A program made the translations under genes and the position numbers. Of a stretch of 64,000 bases of DNA, positions 61,501-64,000 are shown piece after piece. The stretch lies in NCBI GenBank assembly GCA_018062985.1, contig JAGORE010000002.1, positions 9,571 through 73,570 of the forward strand, given 5' to 3'. The notes under the pieces are model-generated. The model did no database searches. It worked only from the letters and a program-made list of their open reading frames with translations, and had not been told where the DNA came from. Source of the stretch: Rickettsiales bacterium. Its GTDB lineage: Bacteria > Pseudomonadota > Alphaproteobacteria > Rickettsiales > JABSSG01. Position 1 is the first letter of the stretch; the number at the start of each line of letters is the position of its first letter.

Positions 61501-61929
61501 ATGTCTCAACTTTCACCAACATTAAAACTACGACTAGATGCGTATAAGGCTAGAAAACAAAACATTGAAGCAAAGAATGCTTTATTCAAAGAACAAAGCG
61601 AGCAAGCAACTGATTTAAAAACAATTATAACATTTGCGCTTCAACAAAATTATGGCAAAACAGGCCTAGATATTTGTGCATTCAATTCTAATGGCGAAGA
61701 TAATGCACTTCTTGTAAACCTTGAGAAGTACAATCAAACAAAAATCTTCGCAACAGTAGGTTTTGTTAATCTGCATGCTGTATGTATCCTAGAAACAGAA
61801 ACTATAAATGATACAAACAAAGATACCGCAACATTATACAACACACAAAACATCGCAACTAAAGATTATTGTTCTCTGTTAGGACAGAACGAAGAATGTG
61901 ACTTAAAACAGATCTATGAAAATACTTAA
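61501..61929 (+). CDS. 142-aa hypothetical protein (orphan)
   Basis: ORF preceded by a good RBS (AGAGGAAGGAATATG). No recognisable motif. The 3' end overlaps the convergent kdsA by 4 nt. Confidence 0.45.
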   Translation: MSQLSPTLKLRLDAYKARKQNIEAKNALFKEQSEQATDLKTIITFALQQNYGKTGLDICAFNSNGEDNALLVNLEKYNQTKIFATVGFVNLHAVCILETETINDTNKDTATLYNTQNIATKDYCSLLGQNEECDLKQIYENT

Positions 61930-62771
61930 CTAGATACAAAAGATTTAGATAACTTATCAAAATCCATCAATCTTCTCATTAAAGATTCAAACCTAGATAA
62001 AATCACCATATTAGGACCATCACTTGGTGCATTATCAGGGTCTTGATGCACTTCTAAAAAAACACCAGCAACACCAACTGCTAATGCTGCACGCGCTAAC
62101 GTTTCAACAAATCTTCTATCTCCACCACTAGTCTTACCTTTACCCCCAGGTTGCTGAACAGAATGCGTAGCATCAAAAATCACAGGAACACCTGTATCTT
62201 TCATTATTTCTATGCCTCGCATATCAGAAACCAGAGTATTGTACCCAAAAGATGTGCCCCTCTCTGTAATCAAAAGATCTTTATGTCCAAAATGATTAAA
62301 TTTATCTATGATATTCTCTATATCCCAAGGCGCTAAAAATTGTCCTTTCTTTACTTTCACAACTTTACCAGTATCCGCAGCAGCTTTTAATAAATCTGTT
62401 TGACGACATAAAAAAGCCGGAATCTGCAATACATCAACATAATTAGCAATTATATTACATTGTTCAGCAGTATGCACATCCGTGACAATAGGACATCCAA
62501 ATTTCTCTTTAACATGAGAAAAAATTTCCATAGACTTTTCTATTCCTACTCCACGCTGGCTAGAAACACTAGAGCGATTTGCTTTATCAAAAGACGATTT
62601 ATAAATAAAAGGTATATCTAATTTACTTGTAATTTTTACAAGAGCTTCAACCATAAACAACGTATGTTCTAACGACTCGATCTGACAAGGACCAGCAAAT
62701 ACAGCCATCGGATGCTGGTTACTGATTTTTATATCCCCTATTTGTACAACTCTATCTTTACTATTGAGCAC
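61926..62771 (-). CDS. kdsA: 2-dehydro-3-deoxyphosphooctonate (KDO-8-P) aldolase
   Basis: [49 protein letters not shown]. Confidence 0.93.
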   Translation of the reverse strand: MLNSKDRVVQIGDIKISNQHPMAVFAGPCQIESLEHTLFMVEALVKITSKLDIPFIYKSSFDKANRSSVSSQRGVGIEKSMEIFSHVKEKFGCPIVTDVHTAEQCNIIANYVDVLQIPAFLCRQTDLLKAAADTGKVVKVKKGQFLAPWDIENIIDKFNHFGHKDLLITERGTSFGYNTLVSDMRGIEIMKDTGVPVIFDATHSVQQPGGKGKTSGGDRRFVETLARAALAVGVAGVFLEVHQDPDNAPSDGPNMVILSRFESLMRRLMDFDKLSKSFVSS

Positions 62772-64000
62772 GAGACCTCTTATATTTTATTGCTGCATCT
62801 ACTAACCCCTTAAATAACGGATGTGGTTTAAAAGGCCTAGATTTAAACTCTGGGTGAAACTGAACTCCTACAAACCACGGATGTCCTTTTATTTCTATAG
62901 TTTCCAGCAGTTTACGATCGTGAGAAACACCAGAAAATATCATCCCGTGCTTTGAAAGAATATCCTGGTATTTAGAATTAAATTCATAACGATGCCTGTG
63001 TCTTTCTGAAATTTTCTCCGAACCATACAATGATTTAATTAAAGTCCCATTTTCTAAATATGTATCATATGCACCTAAACGCATAGTACCACCAAGATCG
63101 GTATCTTTATCGCGCTTTTCAACAATAGTTTCTTTACTCCATTCCGTTAAGAGCCCTATGACGGGATTTTTAGTGTCATCAAACTCACTAGATGAAGCAT
63201 CTTTTATCCCTACAACATTACGCGCAAACTCTATAACAGACAATTGCATCCCTAAACAAATTCCTAAGAATGGGATATGTTTTTCTCTAACATAAGAAAT
63301 GGTTTGGATCTTGCCATCAATACCATCAGTGCCAAAACCACCTGGTACAATGACCGCATCAACACCACTAAGTTTTTCTTGGATATTGTCCTCTTTAAGG
63401 CCACGAGATAATACCAACTTTATATTTACCTGCACGCCAGCAAAGATTGCAGCGTGCTTTATAGATTCAACAACTGAGATATATGCATCGTATAATTTAT
63501 ACTTACCAACAATAGCAATAGTAACTTCTTCACTCGCACTATCTATTTTATTAACGATCTTATCCCATGCTGTTAAATCAAGCTTAGTACTTGAACAATC
63601 TATACCAAAACTTTCTAATAATCTCGTATCTATTCCTTCATGATGATATTTTATTGGAGCCTCATACAAATTTTTTACATCCAATGCCGAAATCACATTC
63701 TTCTGATCAACATTACAAAACAATGCTATTTTTTCTTTTTCTTTATCTGGGATTTCTTTTGAAGCACGACATAACAATATATCTGGTTGAATGCCTATAG
63801 CTCTCAATTCTTTTACAGAATGTTGCGTTGGTTTTGTTTTCAATTCTCTAGAAGTTGCAATATAAGGCAACAACGTTACATGAATAAAACGCACCATATT
63901 TCTTGATTCATTCCAAATCTGACGCGCTGACTCAAAAAACGGCAACGCTTCTATATCACCAACTGTTCCGCCTATTTCGCATAGTACAAAATCATATTGT
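62761..64000 (-). CDS. pyrG: CTP synthase, C-terminal ~413 aa (5' end beyond window edge)
   Basis: The frame stays open to nt 64000 ([26 protein letters not shown]...). Glutamine amidotransferase triad region GICLGMQ, HRHRYE. 11-nt overlap with the kdsA start. Confidence 0.95.
   Translation of the reverse strand, partial: QYDFVLCEIGGTVGDIEALPFFESARQIWNESRNMVRFIHVTLLPYIATSRELKTKPTQHSVKELRAIGIQPDILLCRASKEIPDKEKEKIALFCNVDQKNVISALDVKNLYEAPIKYHHEGIDTRLLESFGIDCSSTKLDLTAWDKIVNKIDSASEEVTIAIVGKYKLYDAYISVVESIKHAAIFAGVQVNIKLVLSRGLKEDNIQEKLSGVDAVIVPGGFGTDGIDGKIQTISYVREKHIPFLGICLGMQLSVIEFARNVVGIKDASSSEFDDTKNPVIGLLTEWSKETIVEKRDKDTDLGGTMRLGAYDTYLENGTLIKSLYGSEKISERHRHRYEFNSKYQDILSKHGMIFSGVSHDRKLLETIEIKGHPWFVGVQFHPEFKSRPFKPHPLFKGLVDAAIKYKRSRAQ

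Overview
This is a 64-kb chromosomal window from an AT-rich genome; hand counts of individual 60-nt lines gave about 32% G+C in accessory genes and about 43% in groEL. The organism looks like a genome-reduced, host-associated alphaproteobacterium of the Rickettsiales/Holosporales type. Evidence for this is an alphaproteobacterial-type AddB, DUF2628, a DUF2497/PopZ-like gene next to tolC, dprA-topA and pyrG-kdsA synteny, three ankyrin/TPR genes, and very tight packing with many 4-18 nt gene overlaps. I call about 60 CDS, 3 tRNAs (Ala-UGC, Thr-GGU, Cys-GCA) and a few hairpin terminators and promoters. I found no rRNA, CRISPR array, IS element or transposase. Housekeeping blocks are: murF (partial); a polar amino-acid ABC importer; a collinear folB-folK-folP-folC operon; plsY; tal; hslVU; groESL; hemB; ahpC; dprA-topA; dacB; addB; cydABX (cydX found by hand, below the ORF-track cutoff); dcd; nrdR-glyA-queH; rplS/trmD; xerD; kdsA-pyrG (partial). 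The stretches worth a second look are listed here in window order. (1) A PrtD/HlyD-type type I secretion pair sits 47 kb from its TolC and has no adjacent substrate gene. (2) An epimerase / ArnT-like / ArnC-like / LAB_N lipid-linked sugar-modification cluster looks partly decayed, with a frameshift in the GT2 gene and no canonical start for the epimerase. (3) A 1115-aa protein fuses a GltD/NfnB-like and a PyrK/NfnA-like redox module. (4) A 965-aa acidic orphan has an R-X7-R-X-R basic C-terminal tail and is a candidate translocated effector. (5) A small accessory patch lies behind tRNA-Thr and holds a decayed tRNA-like scar, an orphan and an ankyrin gene. (6) A pta-ack-DUF3141 operon encodes a DUF3141 protein with a Cys 'lipase box'. 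(7) An ankyrin gene and an MFS gene are inserted into the conserved rimM-trmD-rplS context. (8) A fibre-like protein with an internal duplication and a phage tail-fibre-like motif is flanked by a short direct repeat and followed by an orphan. All functional calls rest on motif recognition by eye. No database search was possible, and start codons are approximate where noted.
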